IMG/VR virus record: IMGVR_UViG_3300040801_004532
Span: 62,001 to 126,000 of that record
DNA: 64,000 nt
Direction: 5' to 3' (one strand)
Each line of letters opens with the position of its first letter. The first letter of the stretch is position 1. Below are positions 16,031 through 23,691 of this stretch, one piece after another. The notes under the pieces are model-generated. The model saw nothing but the letters and a program-made list of their open reading frames with translations. It made no database searches and had not been told where the DNA came from. The position numbers and the translations under genes are program-made.

Positions 16031-16195
16031 ATGAAATGTTCATTTTGTAAAAAAGATGAATCAGAAGTGTATAAATTGATTGCTGCATCTGAAAAAGTTG
16101 CAATATGTGATCAATGTGTGCTCCAATGTCTAGATACATTAATTTACCCTGACTCAGTTATTGAAATTGATCTAGACGAAGATAATGATAAATAA
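16031..16195 (+). CDS. stand-alone ClpX C4-type zinc-binding domain (54 aa)
   Basis: manual translation MKCSFCKKDESEVYKLIAASEKVAICDQCVLQC, acidic tail; AAGGA SD. Confidence 0.8.
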   Translation: MKCSFCKKDESEVYKLIAASEKVAICDQCVLQCLDTLIYPDSVIEIDLDEDNDK

Positions 16196-16199
16196 CTAT

Positions 16200-16276
16200 G
16201 GGACTGTAGCTCAGTCAGGTAGAGCGCAAGGTTGAAGCCCTTGGCGTCGGTGGTTCAATTCCGCCCGGTCCCACCA
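16200..16276 (+). tRNA. tRNA-Phe(GAA)
   Basis: CAAGG-TT-GAA-GC-CCTTG; ACCA. Confidence 0.93.
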
Positions 16277-16302
16277 CTCTTTTGAAAATAGAAAGGTCAA
16301 AA

Positions 16303-16482
16303 ATGATAAGGATAAGGAAAAGTGAAAAATCTTATATAATTGTTTCAAGTCAGGATGTAAATTATTTAGAAGAAGAAGTTAATGTTTTTATCGAAAAAGG
16401 TTATAAACCTAAAGGTGGAATAGCTATCTCTGATGATCATGGAGATTTTTATCAAGCAATGTATAAAGAATTTAAAAGATAA
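16303..16482 (+). CDS. DUF1737-like small protein
   Basis: LEEEVNVFIEKGYKPKGGI pattern. Confidence 0.5.
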   Translation: MIRIRKSEKSYIIVSSQDVNYLEEEVNVFIEKGYKPKGGIAISDDHGDFYQAMYKEFKR

Positions 16483-16488
16483 GTAAAA

Positions 16489-16899
16489 ATGAAGACAAGA
16501 ACAAAACAAGGAACAATCAAAGGGAATAGACGAATATCTGTAAAAAACGAAAATGGTAATTGGAGTGTTCATATAGTGAAAACAAGATATGGAAAATCTA
16601 TTTGGAATCTACTTAGAGAATATATAAACAGTCTTGATATTGGAACACAATTTTCAAGACTAGACGCCAAATTAAAAATTTATTCAACATTCACTGTTGC
16701 TAAAGCAATGGTTTCAAGAGTTGGAACAGAAGATAATTACTTAAATTATTTATGTAAAGTTGGGATATTAAAAAAAGTAAAACTAGGTGTATGCGAAAAA
16801 ATACAAGATGTTCCTGAACAATTAACAGTTACAAAATTACGAGAATTGGCTACTGATCGAAACTGGAAATTATGGTTTATAAAACCTGAGGATTGGTAG
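16489..16899 (+). CDS. winged-helix-like hypothetical protein (family of 3)
   Basis: TEDNYLNYLCKVGIL...DVPEQL...WKLWF. Confidence 0.55.
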   Translation: MKTRTKQGTIKGNRRISVKNENGNWSVHIVKTRYGKSIWNLLREYINSLDIGTQFSRLDAKLKIYSTFTVAKAMVSRVGTEDNYLNYLCKVGILKKVKLGVCEKIQDVPEQLTVTKLRELATDRNWKLWFIKPEDW

Positions 16900-16901
16900 T
16901 T

Positions 16902-17225
16902 ATGAATAAACGTATAGAGAAAAGTTCTTGGAGAAGAATAAAACGATTTATAAACTCAAAAGAAATAGGTTATGTTTTTACAAGGAAGGAATTCTTATCT
17001 GAATTAAAAGAAGTTATCCCAGGAACTCTTGATACATATAGGGGTTATCTTGAGGGATTTCGTGTATTGGAAAGAGCAGGGAGAGGAAAATATAAACTAA
17101 TCCAAAAAATTCCAGAAAAAATGAACACAGCATCATTCACTTATCTAATGTCACAAGACAAATGGAAACGATGGTTTATTCCATTACAAGAACAAATAGA
17201 TAGGATGGAACATAGGTATAAATAA
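16902..17225 (+). CDS. winged-helix-like hypothetical protein (family of 3)
   Basis: TLDTYRGYLEGFRVL...KIPEKM...WKRWF. Confidence 0.55.
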   Translation: MNKRIEKSSWRRIKRFINSKEIGYVFTRKEFLSELKEVIPGTLDTYRGYLEGFRVLERAGRGKYKLIQKIPEKMNTASFTYLMSQDKWKRWFIPLQEQIDRMEHRYK

Positions 17226-17233
17226 TTGTATGT

Positions 17234-17310
17234 GGTGTGGGTACTCGAGTGGACTCAGAGGCAAGGTTGTGGCCCTTGTTACGCGGGTTCGAATCCCGTC
17301 CCTCACCCCA
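17234..17310 (+). tRNA. tRNA-His(GUG)
   Basis: G-1 and C73, CAAGG-TT-GTG-GC-CCTTG. Confidence 0.9.
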
Positions 17311-17314
17311 ATAA

Positions 17315-17423
17315 CGAGAAGTAGCGTTCGCCCGAAAAGAGAGGATGTTTACATCCAAGAACAGATGCAGGCAGGATCTGTCCCGGGACCCTGTCGGTGG
17401 TGCGAGGCCATCCTTCTCGGCCA
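17315..17423 (+). ncRNA. 109-nt degenerate tRNA-like RNA
   Basis: CGAGAAG/CTTCTCG-G-CCA acceptor; GGTGG-TGCGAGG-CCATC T-arm-like stem; internal hairpins GGATG/CATCC and CAGAT/ATCTG. Confidence 0.55.
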
Positions 17424-17442
17424 AAACAAAAGGGAAAAAGAA

Positions 17443-17583
17443 ATGAATAAAAGAATCAATATTTCTAAATTCTTTAACCCATCTGTAATATCATTTGGTG
17501 TTGAAATAGAATGGTCACCAACATATAAAACAATTGAATTTTTATTTTTCAAATATTCAATAATTATATACTTTATAGATTAA
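17443..17583 (+). CDS. small hypothetical protein
   Basis: ATG 17443; C-terminal part of a track ORF. Confidence 0.45.
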   Translation: MNKRINISKFFNPSVISFGVEIEWSPTYKTIEFLFFKYSIIIYFID

Positions 17584-17601
17584 ACGGAAGGAGCTTTTTA
17601 A

Positions 17602-17787
17602 ATGCTTTATGAATTTGAGTGTAAAAACTGTGGGAAAAGGTTTGAAGAAATAAGAAAGCTAAATCAAAACTCAGATAAAGCAACATGTCCTGATTGCAAA
17701 GGAGAATCAAAAAAAGTAATGTCAACATTTGGATTTAAGATCATTGGTTTTGCTTCAATCAATGGATATTCACATGCGAATAAATAA
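17602..17787 (+). CDS. FmdB-family zinc-ribbon protein
   Basis: YEFECKNCGKRFE...CPDCKG. Confidence 0.75.
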   Translation: MLYEFECKNCGKRFEEIRKLNQNSDKATCPDCKGESKKVMSTFGFKIIGFASINGYSHANK

Positions 17788-17809
17788 AAATTGCTGAGAG
17801 GAGAAATCA

Positions 17810-18007
17810 ATGGCAGCAGTTGTTGCGAGAATGCGAGAACGTTGTGTAATAATTCATCCAAAAAGAACGATTAGGGTTAAATCAAAAACATGGACCAGAA
17901 TTTTTGGTTCTCGTGAAACTTATGTTGATATTGGGGATCTATCTATTGAACCAACAGAAGATGAAATAAATCAATTTTTAGAAAGAGAAAAATTGATTCA
18001 ACTTTAA
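17810..18007 (+). CDS. hypothetical protein
   Basis: GAGGAG SD. Confidence 0.55.
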   Translation: MAAVVARMRERCVIIHPKRTIRVKSKTWTRIFGSRETYVDIGDLSIEPTEDEINQFLEREKLIQL

Positions 18008-18011
18008 ACAA

Positions 18012-18051
18012 ATCAGGGGGTCGCAGATTCGAATCCTGTCGGGGGGTTCCA
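18012..18051 (+). pseudogene. tRNA-Arg 3' half duplicate
   Basis: ATCAGGGGGTCGCAGATTCGAATCCTGTCGGGGGGTTCCA closely matches 18201-18239. Confidence 0.75.
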
Positions 18052-18107
18052 TTCATTATAATGAATGAAACTCAAATGAAATAACAAAAATAATTCATTA
18101 TAATGAA
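18052..18107. promoter_or_regulatory. two copies of the 14-bp palindrome TTCATTATAATGAA
   Basis: exact copies at 18052-18065 and 18094-18107. Confidence 0.5.
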
Positions 18108-18161
18108 AATCTAATTGAAAATAGTGGAGAATCTCTCAATGTCGAGTTATTGATGTTTAAC

Positions 18162-18239
18162 GCCCCTGTAGCTCAGCGGAATTAGAGCACCTGACTACGG
18201 ATCAGGGGGTCGCAGGTTCGAATCCTGTCAGGGGTTCCA
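18162..18239 (+). tRNA. tRNA-Arg(ACG)
   Basis: CCTGA-CT-ACG-GA-TCAGG; complete cloverleaf. Confidence 0.9.
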
Positions 18240-18254
18240 GAAAGGAGATCCTAA

Positions 18255-18452
18255 ATGGCACTTGGAATTGGTTCTGCAATGAAAGAGGATTTAGAACGTG
18301 AACAAAAAGAAAAATACGATGATGGACCATTAGCTATTTCCCCATCAATGAAAGAAGATCTTAAAAGAGATTTAGAAAGAGAAAAATTCTTATATGAAGA
18401 AACAACAACAATTGGTTCAGCAATGAAAGAAGATCTAAAAAACGAGGAATAA
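18255..18452 (+). CDS. small protein with three S(A)MKEDL repeats
   Basis: IGSAMKEDL / ISPSMKEDL / IGSAMKEDL; AGGAG SD. Confidence 0.6.
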   Translation: MALGIGSAMKEDLEREQKEKYDDGPLAISPSMKEDLKRDLEREKFLYEETTTIGSAMKEDLKNEE

Positions 18453-18455
18453 AAA

Positions 18456-19232
18456 ATGTCTGAGGAAACTCAACAAAACGGGACATCGGAAAAACCTTCT
18501 GATGCCCTAAAGGACTTATTAGATCCAACATATCCAATACTAGCAAAGTTCAAAGAATTGTGTCCTGGATCATATAAGCACTCACAAAATCTAGCATCAA
18601 TTATTGAAGGAATTGCAATTGATCTTAAACTGGATGTTACATTCATGAAGGTCGCTGCAACTTACCATGACGTTGGGAAAATGTTTAATCCTAAATATTT
18701 TTCAGAAAATCAACTTGAGGATGAAAATCCTCATGAAAAATTAGATCCAAAAATGAGCTTTCAAATTATAAGCAGACACGTTTCTGATACTGCGCTTATC
18801 CTTTTAAATGACAATAACTTTCCCCGAGAATTAATCCAAATTGCTTCTCAACATCATGGTTCATCAGTTATGAAATATTTCTTCGATAAATCAGGAATTG
18901 ACATTGATGATTATTTTCGTTATAGATCCGAAAAACCAACCTGCGTTGAAGCTGCAATTCTTATGATTTGTGATTGTATTGAAGCAAGATCTAGATCCGA
19001 AGTACAATCCGGAACGTTTGATCCTACAGAAATAATTGAATTAACTATTAACGATTTGCTAAGCGATGGTCAGTTAGATGATGTTGTAATGAGACTTGGG
19101 GATCTTCAAAAGATCAAGGATGCCCTGGCAAGGGAGTTGGAAGGATCATTCCAAAAACGAGTCGACTATCGAAAAGCAAAAGAAGAGGTAAAGAAAATCG
19201 AAGATAAAAAATCACAAACAGAAAAAGAATGA
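18456..19232 (+). CDS. HDIG-type HD-domain phosphohydrolase (soluble, PgpH/7TM-HD-like catalytic domain)
   Basis: PGSYKHS, YHDVGKM, FSENQ, II.RHV, QHHG, MICDCIEA.SR motifs. Confidence 0.85.
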   Translation: MSEETQQNGTSEKPSDALKDLLDPTYPILAKFKELCPGSYKHSQNLASIIEGIAIDLKLDVTFMKVAATYHDVGKMFNPKYFSENQLEDENPHEKLDPKMSFQIISRHVSDTALILLNDNNFPRELIQIASQHHGSSVMKYFFDKSGIDIDDYFRYRSEKPTCVEAAILMICDCIEARSRSEVQSGTFDPTEIIELTINDLLSDGQLDDVVMRLGDLQKIKDALARELEGSFQKRVDYRKAKEEVKKIEDKKSQTEKE

Positions 19233-19329
19233 AGAACAAAATAAAAATAATGGAGGCAATATGAAATATTTGTTTGTCTACAGTGCAGGAGGTTCTCATG
19301 GCTAAGTAACTAAAAGGAGGTGAAAAGTC

Positions 19330-19518
19330 ATGAGCAACAAATCCAGCAAAGGCGGTAATAGCCGTAAACACGGACGTGCCGGAAGAAAACCATCTCACAA
19401 TCGCTATAATGTTGACCGTAGATGGGAAATCAATAAAGCACGTAAGGCCGCAAAAATCAAAAAACAACTTGAGAAAAAAGCTACCCGTAAAACTCGTAAA
19501 GAAAAAGGAAATTATTAA
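19330..19518 (+). CDS. small very basic protein (62 aa)
   Basis: AGGAGG SD; K/R-rich. Confidence 0.6.
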   Translation: MSNKSSKGGNSRKHGRAGRKPSHNRYNVDRRWEINKARKAAKIKKQLEKKATRKTRKEKGNY

Positions 19519-19522
19519 TGGC

Positions 19523-19699
19523 TTGCATTGGGGTCTTCGAAGCCCGGGGATACTCCTTTGAATGGATAAAGTGTCACCCGAAAGAAGGCCCCAGTGCAAA
19601 AATGCCCAAGAAAGATTAAGTATACTAAATGGGCGAGGGATGGGATAGACCTAAAAGGTCAATGGAGGCAGTTCAGGCCAGAACTGGTGTAGCCCATTT
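19523..19699 (+). ncRNA. candidate structured RNA
   Basis: 16-bp stem 19523-19538/19584-19599 and a second AAATGGGC/GCCCATTT multibranch domain. Confidence 0.45.
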
Positions 19700-19707
19700 T
19701 AACCTAA

Positions 19708-19783
19708 GTCGGTGTGGCCAAGTGGTCTAAGGCGGCAGGCTGCAATCCTGTGATCGTGGGTTCGAATCCCTCCACCGACTCCA
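19708..19783 (+). tRNA. tRNA-Cys(GCA)
   Basis: GCAGG-CT-GCA-AT-CCTGT; U73-CCA. Confidence 0.93.
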
Positions 19784-19800
19784 TAACGAATGGTGAACAA

Positions 19801-20283
19801 ATGAAAAAAGTAATCCTTTCTTTTATAATCCTATTATTTTTATCAACCCCATGTTTCTCCATAGATCTAAACTCAGAAACTTTAGTTGATACTGTAATAG
19901 AATCGTTAGAAAAAAATCCTGAAAGATGGATAATAACATCTAATGATCTATGTTATTCTGATGTGGATATTAAAGAACTAAGAAAAACATCATTTCCTGA
20001 CGTTGATGATCGAGTAATAGTTTCTTTATCTTATAGTGTTTTAGATTCATTAAATTTTGTAAAATTTGATAAACCAATTGAAAAATGGGTTGACGGAGAA
20101 GATGAAAAAAGGTTAATAAAAGCTATCAGGTTATATATTTATAAACGTCTCCACAATGAAATTTCTTTATTTGATAGAATAAATGAACCTCAAAAATATA
20201 AGACAAAAGACGAGGAACCTTCAAAAGAGGTTACCTCCGAAGTTCCTGAAATCACTTCAAAAGACGGATCTAAAAGATTATGA
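19801..20283 (+). CDS. exported hypothetical protein
   Basis: signal peptide MKKVILSFIILLFLSTPCFS. Confidence 0.6.
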   Translation: MKKVILSFIILLFLSTPCFSIDLNSETLVDTVIESLEKNPERWIITSNDLCYSDVDIKELRKTSFPDVDDRVIVSLSYSVLDSLNFVKFDKPIEKWVDGEDEKRLIKAIRLYIYKRLHNEISLFDRINEPQKYKTKDEEPSKEVTSEVPEITSKDGSKRL

Positions 20284-20693
20284 ACAAAGAACCAAAACAA
20301 GTTATAGTTATTAGAAAAGATTTGGGGATGAGAAAAGGCAAGATGTGTGCTCAAGCAGCGCATGCTTCAATGAAAGCCATTCTTGATGAACTGTATAGAA
20401 TACCATTTGGTATTGATGATTGTCAAATAAACTTTCAAATGTTGCTAAAAAAAGACGATCCATTAACTAAATGGATTGAAGGAATTTTTACAAAGGTTGT
20501 TGTTAGTTGTGATTCTGAAGAAGAATTGTTAGCTTTGAAATCTAGGGCTGATATTTATAAAGTTAGAAATGCATTAATCCAAGATGCAGGAAAAACAGAG
20601 TTTCATGGTGAATCAACATATACTGCTCTAGCAATAGGTCCTGATTATCCTGAAAAAATAGATAAAGTAACAGGTCATTTAAAGCTCCTATAG
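20280..20693 (+). CDS. pth2: peptidyl-tRNA hydrolase type 2
   Basis: KQVIVIRKDLGMRKGKMCAQAAHA...TKVVV...DAGKTEF...TALAIGP...IDKVTGHLKLL. Confidence 0.92.
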   Translation: MNKEPKQVIVIRKDLGMRKGKMCAQAAHASMKAILDELYRIPFGIDDCQINFQMLLKKDDPLTKWIEGIFTKVVVSCDSEEELLALKSRADIYKVRNALIQDAGKTEFHGESTYTALAIGPDYPEKIDKVTGHLKLL

Positions 20694-20768
20694 GTCCGTA
20701 ACTCAGCGGTTTAGAGTACCTGCCTTTTAAGCAGGGAGTCGAGGGTTCGAATCCCTCCGGGCCTACCA
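20692..20768 (+). tRNA. tRNA-Lys(UUU)
   Basis: CCTGC-CT-TTT-AA-GCAGG; ACCA. Confidence 0.95.
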
Positions 20769-20787
20769 ACCTTTACTCAAGGACAAA

Positions 20788-20964
20788 ATGAACTGGTTAA
20801 AATTCCACCTTACAAAGGCAAGAGAATATATTGATAAGGCAAATCATTATTCAAAAAAAGAAGATCAACAACACGTAATGAAAAATTATATATATGCTGC
20901 TGAGAAAATGATTGAATTTGCAGAAAATGATTTGGATTCACTATCAAAGCAAAAAAGGTTATAA
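20788..20964 (+). CDS. small hypothetical protein (58 aa)
   Basis: manual translation MNWLKFHLTKAREYIDKA...; AAGGA SD. Confidence 0.5.
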   Translation: MNWLKFHLTKAREYIDKANHYSKKEDQQHVMKNYIYAAEKMIEFAENDLDSLSKQKRL

Positions 20965-21306
20965 CTCGGAAAATCTCTTGCGGCACTCAGGGCATCTATC
21001 TAAAAGATCCTTGAGTGCCGCTTCTCTATCTATTATTTTTGTCCTTTGAAAAAATGGCAGGCAGGTAATATGTTTACATTCACATTCTTCAATTGGAGTT
21101 TTATGATTAAAGCCTCTCCTGACCATTTCTTCAGCTAGTATATCGTGTCTATAAATTAAACCCATCGGTTCAAATAAATTATTTTCAATATAACCATTGA
21201 TTTTTTTGTTCTTTTTTAGACACCCCATGAACATGTGTGTCTCCAGATGTTCCCCACATAAATGTTTTTGACAAAGAATTTTAGGATTCACCATCCACAT
21301 TCGCAT
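20959..21306 (-). CDS. pyrimidine dimer DNA glycosylase-like protein
   Basis: MRMWMVNPKILCQKHLCGEHLETH...EMVRRGFNH. Confidence 0.7.
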   Translation of the reverse strand: MRMWMVNPKILCQKHLCGEHLETHMFMGCLKKNKKINGYIENNLFEPMGLIYRHDILAEEMVRRGFNHKTPIEECECKHITCLPFFQRTKIIDREAALKDLLDRCPECRKRFSEL

Positions 21307-21517
21307 TTCTAGCTTTTCTCCTCTCTCTTTCTCTTTTCTTTTTGTTCCCCCTTTCAACAATTATTTCTCTTTCAGTTTTTAACTTTTCTCTTACATGTTT
21401 TTGTGCTATTTCGATCCAGTCAGGTTCGTCCTGAAAATCAACTCCAGAACACCGTGGACATTTAACAACATTATCTGGATACCACTCACCACAGAACATA
21501 CACTTCCAGGGCCTCAT
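21281..21517 (-). CDS. zinc-ribbon protein
   Basis: WKCMFCG...KCPRCS. Confidence 0.55.
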   Translation of the reverse strand: MRPWKCMFCGEWYPDNVVKCPRCSGVDFQDEPDWIEIAQKHVREKLKTEREIIVERGNKKKRERERRKARNANVDGES

Positions 21518-21546
21518 TTTACAATACTCCTAAAAATTTATTTTTA

Positions 21547-21891
21547 TTAATCTACGTATTCCTCTTTCTTTTGATAACCTTCATTTATCATTACCTCAGA
21601 GAAATTTTGACCGTCTTCTAAAATTATAGTTGCTCCATATCGTCCATAAATTCCAACATGTTTTGTTGTTCTAAAAATTAGTTTTCTTCCCCATAACAAC
21701 TCAACTGCTCGCTTTGTTGCTTTCTTGCCATGCTCAAATTCAGCCTCATTTCTAGGTCTCCATGTTTCAGGAGCATCATAATTATCAATTCTAAATCTTT
21801 GACTAATTTTTATTCCAAAACCAACATCAATTTCTGCATCAACCGTATCACCATCTACAACCCGTTTTACAATTCCTTTATATTCATACAT
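21547..21891 (-). CDS. thermonuclease (SNase-like)
   Basis: VVDGDTVD...RI...DAPE...YGRYGA. Confidence 0.8.
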   Translation of the reverse strand: MYEYKGIVKRVVDGDTVDAEIDVGFGIKISQRFRIDNYDAPETWRPRNEAEFEHGKKATKRAVELLWGRKLIFRTTKHVGIYGRYGATIILEDGQNFSEVMINEGYQKKEEYVD

Positions 21892-21892
21892 T

Positions 21893-22180
21893 TTACCATT
21901 CCTTTTTAGCTTTTCGTCTTTTTATTTCACTAGATAGTTGTGTCCTTAATTTTGAAATACAAGGATGTTTAATTGTTCCAGTCCTAAATCCAGTTCCTGT
22001 TAAGTAATTCATAACAACCTTGATTTTATCATTAGAGGTAGACGAAATACTTCCTAAATATTTTTTTAGTTGTGAACAACACCATTCTGGTCTCTTTTTC
22101 CACTGGCCAAGTAAACTCTTTCTTACTGCTTGCCACTCTTGAGATCGAACCAAAATATTTTTTGGATTTTCATCACTCAT
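21893..22180 (-). CDS. hypothetical protein
   Basis: GGAG SD before MSDENPK. Confidence 0.6.
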   Translation of the reverse strand: MSDENPKNILVRSQEWQAVRKSLLGQWKKRPEWCCSQLKKYLGSISSTSNDKIKVVMNYLTGTGFRTGTIKHPCISKLRTQLSSEIKRRKAKKEW

Positions 22181-22227
22181 TTTAGCACTCCATATTACTA
22201 CTAAATTTAATAAAAACTTTTTCAAAA

Positions 22228-22440
22228 TCAGCCATTTGAAACCTCCCTGTAATCAAGTAATTGACCACGGTTTGATAAAAAATTTTTAAAACTACTGAAT
22301 TTCATTCTTTTTTTTGCAGCCCAAATAAAACATGGCGCAGTCATCTTAAATGTAATAAAATCATTATCATCAACAGAAACTGCACCACAATATTTTTTTG
22401 TGTTTACCCAATACATAATGTTAGGCATCAATCCATTCAC
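22228..22440 (-). CDS. hypothetical protein
   Basis: ORF track. Confidence 0.5.
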   Translation of the reverse strand: MNGLMPNIMYWVNTKKYCGAVSVDDNDFITFKMTAPCFIWAAKKRMKFSSFKNFLSNRGQLLDYREVSNG

Positions 22441-22816
22441 CAGTCATATTATTTTTATAGCATCTATAAGAATCTTCATCTGAATGAAAGGTCGAAACCT
22501 CAATAAATTTACATCCAGTTACAGTATAGGATGTAAAACGATGTTTAATATTAGGAGTCACACGAAATGTTTGATTTGGAAGTAAAGTTATAGATTTAAA
22601 CTGATCGTTAGAATCAATATAATCTATATGTAATACACCTTCAAGTATAAAAAAGGTCTCATCCTTAATTTTATGATAATGAAATTTCATATTAGATGAC
22701 CATTTGTTGTGTTCTACATATAATATCTTTCCACAATAATTCTTATCATCTTCTTTGACGTTGGCAAACCAAAGTTCCCAACCCCACTCCTTTTTTACAA
22801 ACTGTGGCGGTAACAT
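22421..22816 (-). CDS. cupin-domain protein
   Basis: KEWGWE.W...HYHKIKDETF.ILEG...KHRF...FIEVST. Confidence 0.75.
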   Translation of the reverse strand: MLPPQFVKKEWGWELWFANVKEDDKNYCGKILYVEHNKWSSNMKFHYHKIKDETFFILEGVLHIDYIDSNDQFKSITLLPNQTFRVTPNIKHRFTSYTVTGCKFIEVSTFHSDEDSYRCYKNNMTGEWIDA

Positions 22817-23076
22817 TAGAATTCTGGCCTCCCTTCTTTAAAACCGGGACATTCCCACACAGGCAATACTAAATTCTCCAAAACACATAAAGAATAAACC
22901 ATGTTTGAAATTAGACAATTGTTTTCTCTATCTGTTGGTTTAAATTTTTGGCAATGAAAACATAAACATACACTCCGATGTTTACCTTTTAGTGCACCAA
23001 TAACCCAAGTCTTTTTCCCATGGTGTACATATTTCTCAAAAATCTTATTGTTTTTCGCCTTCACTTTTATCCCCAT
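22816..23076 (-). CDS. hypothetical Cys-containing protein
   Basis: MGIKVK start; CLCFHC...C...ECP. Confidence 0.55.
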   Translation of the reverse strand: MGIKVKAKNNKIFEKYVHHGKKTWVIGALKGKHRSVCLCFHCQKFKPTDRENNCLISNMVYSLCVLENLVLPVWECPGFKEGRPEF

Positions 23077-23245
23077 AATATCCACCTTCTTTAAGAAATT
23101 CAAGAAGCCCTCTATATATTTCGATATCTTCAACAACCTCTTTGCCTTTAACATAAAATTTCCCTGTAGAGGTGATTCTAAGAACTTCTTCGTGATCTCT
23201 GACACTAAAAATAATCTCTCCGTGTTCATTATTTTCATCGCTCAT
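23045..23245 (-). CDS. hypothetical protein
   Basis: AGGAG SD before MSDENNEH. Confidence 0.55.
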   Translation of the reverse strand: MSDENNEHGEIIFSVRDHEEVLRITSTGKFYVKGKEVVEDIEIYRGLLEFLKEGGYYGDKSEGEKQ

Positions 23246-23256
23246 TGTCTCTCTCC

Positions 23257-23691
23257 TTATATATGCGGGAGGGTTTGAATAATCGAAAATAGTTCTTGTT
23301 TGCATGATGCATGAACCATAAAATCTCCATAGAGACTTGAGATAAAACATTTATCCCAATAAGCTAATACTGCAACCCCCTCAACACATCCTCGCTTTTT
23401 CTCGTCATAATGTTGGATTAAAATATCGCTTAAAAAACCAACAAAATTACGAGCAGCTTGAATATCATTTGCAATCAATCCACCGGCTTGGGCTTCATCA
23501 ATTGCTTTATAAATAATATTATCCAAGTCAGATAAATTTGCATCACAAATAAGACCAATAAATAAAGGCCATCCCAATGCTTGATATTTTCTTACAATCA
23601 GCGGCGACCAATTCTTATCAAGAAGCCTGGTTGAAGTCTGACTATCATCCATAGTCATCCCTTTGTTTGCTTCTTCTCCCATATTCTTCAT
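23257..23691 (-). CDS. hypothetical protein
   Basis: ORF track. Confidence 0.55.
   Translation of the reverse strand: MKNMGEEANKGMTMDDSQTSTRLLDKNWSPLIVRKYQALGWPLFIGLICDANLSDLDNIIYKAIDEAQAGGLIANDIQAARNFVGFLSDILIQHYDEKKRGCVEGVAVLAYWDKCFISSLYGDFMVHASCKQELFSIIQTLPHI

Noticed and set aside
18012-18051. attL/attR of an integrated element
   Set aside because: The duplicate lies upstream of the intact tRNA, only about 110 bp separate the copies, and no integrase is present
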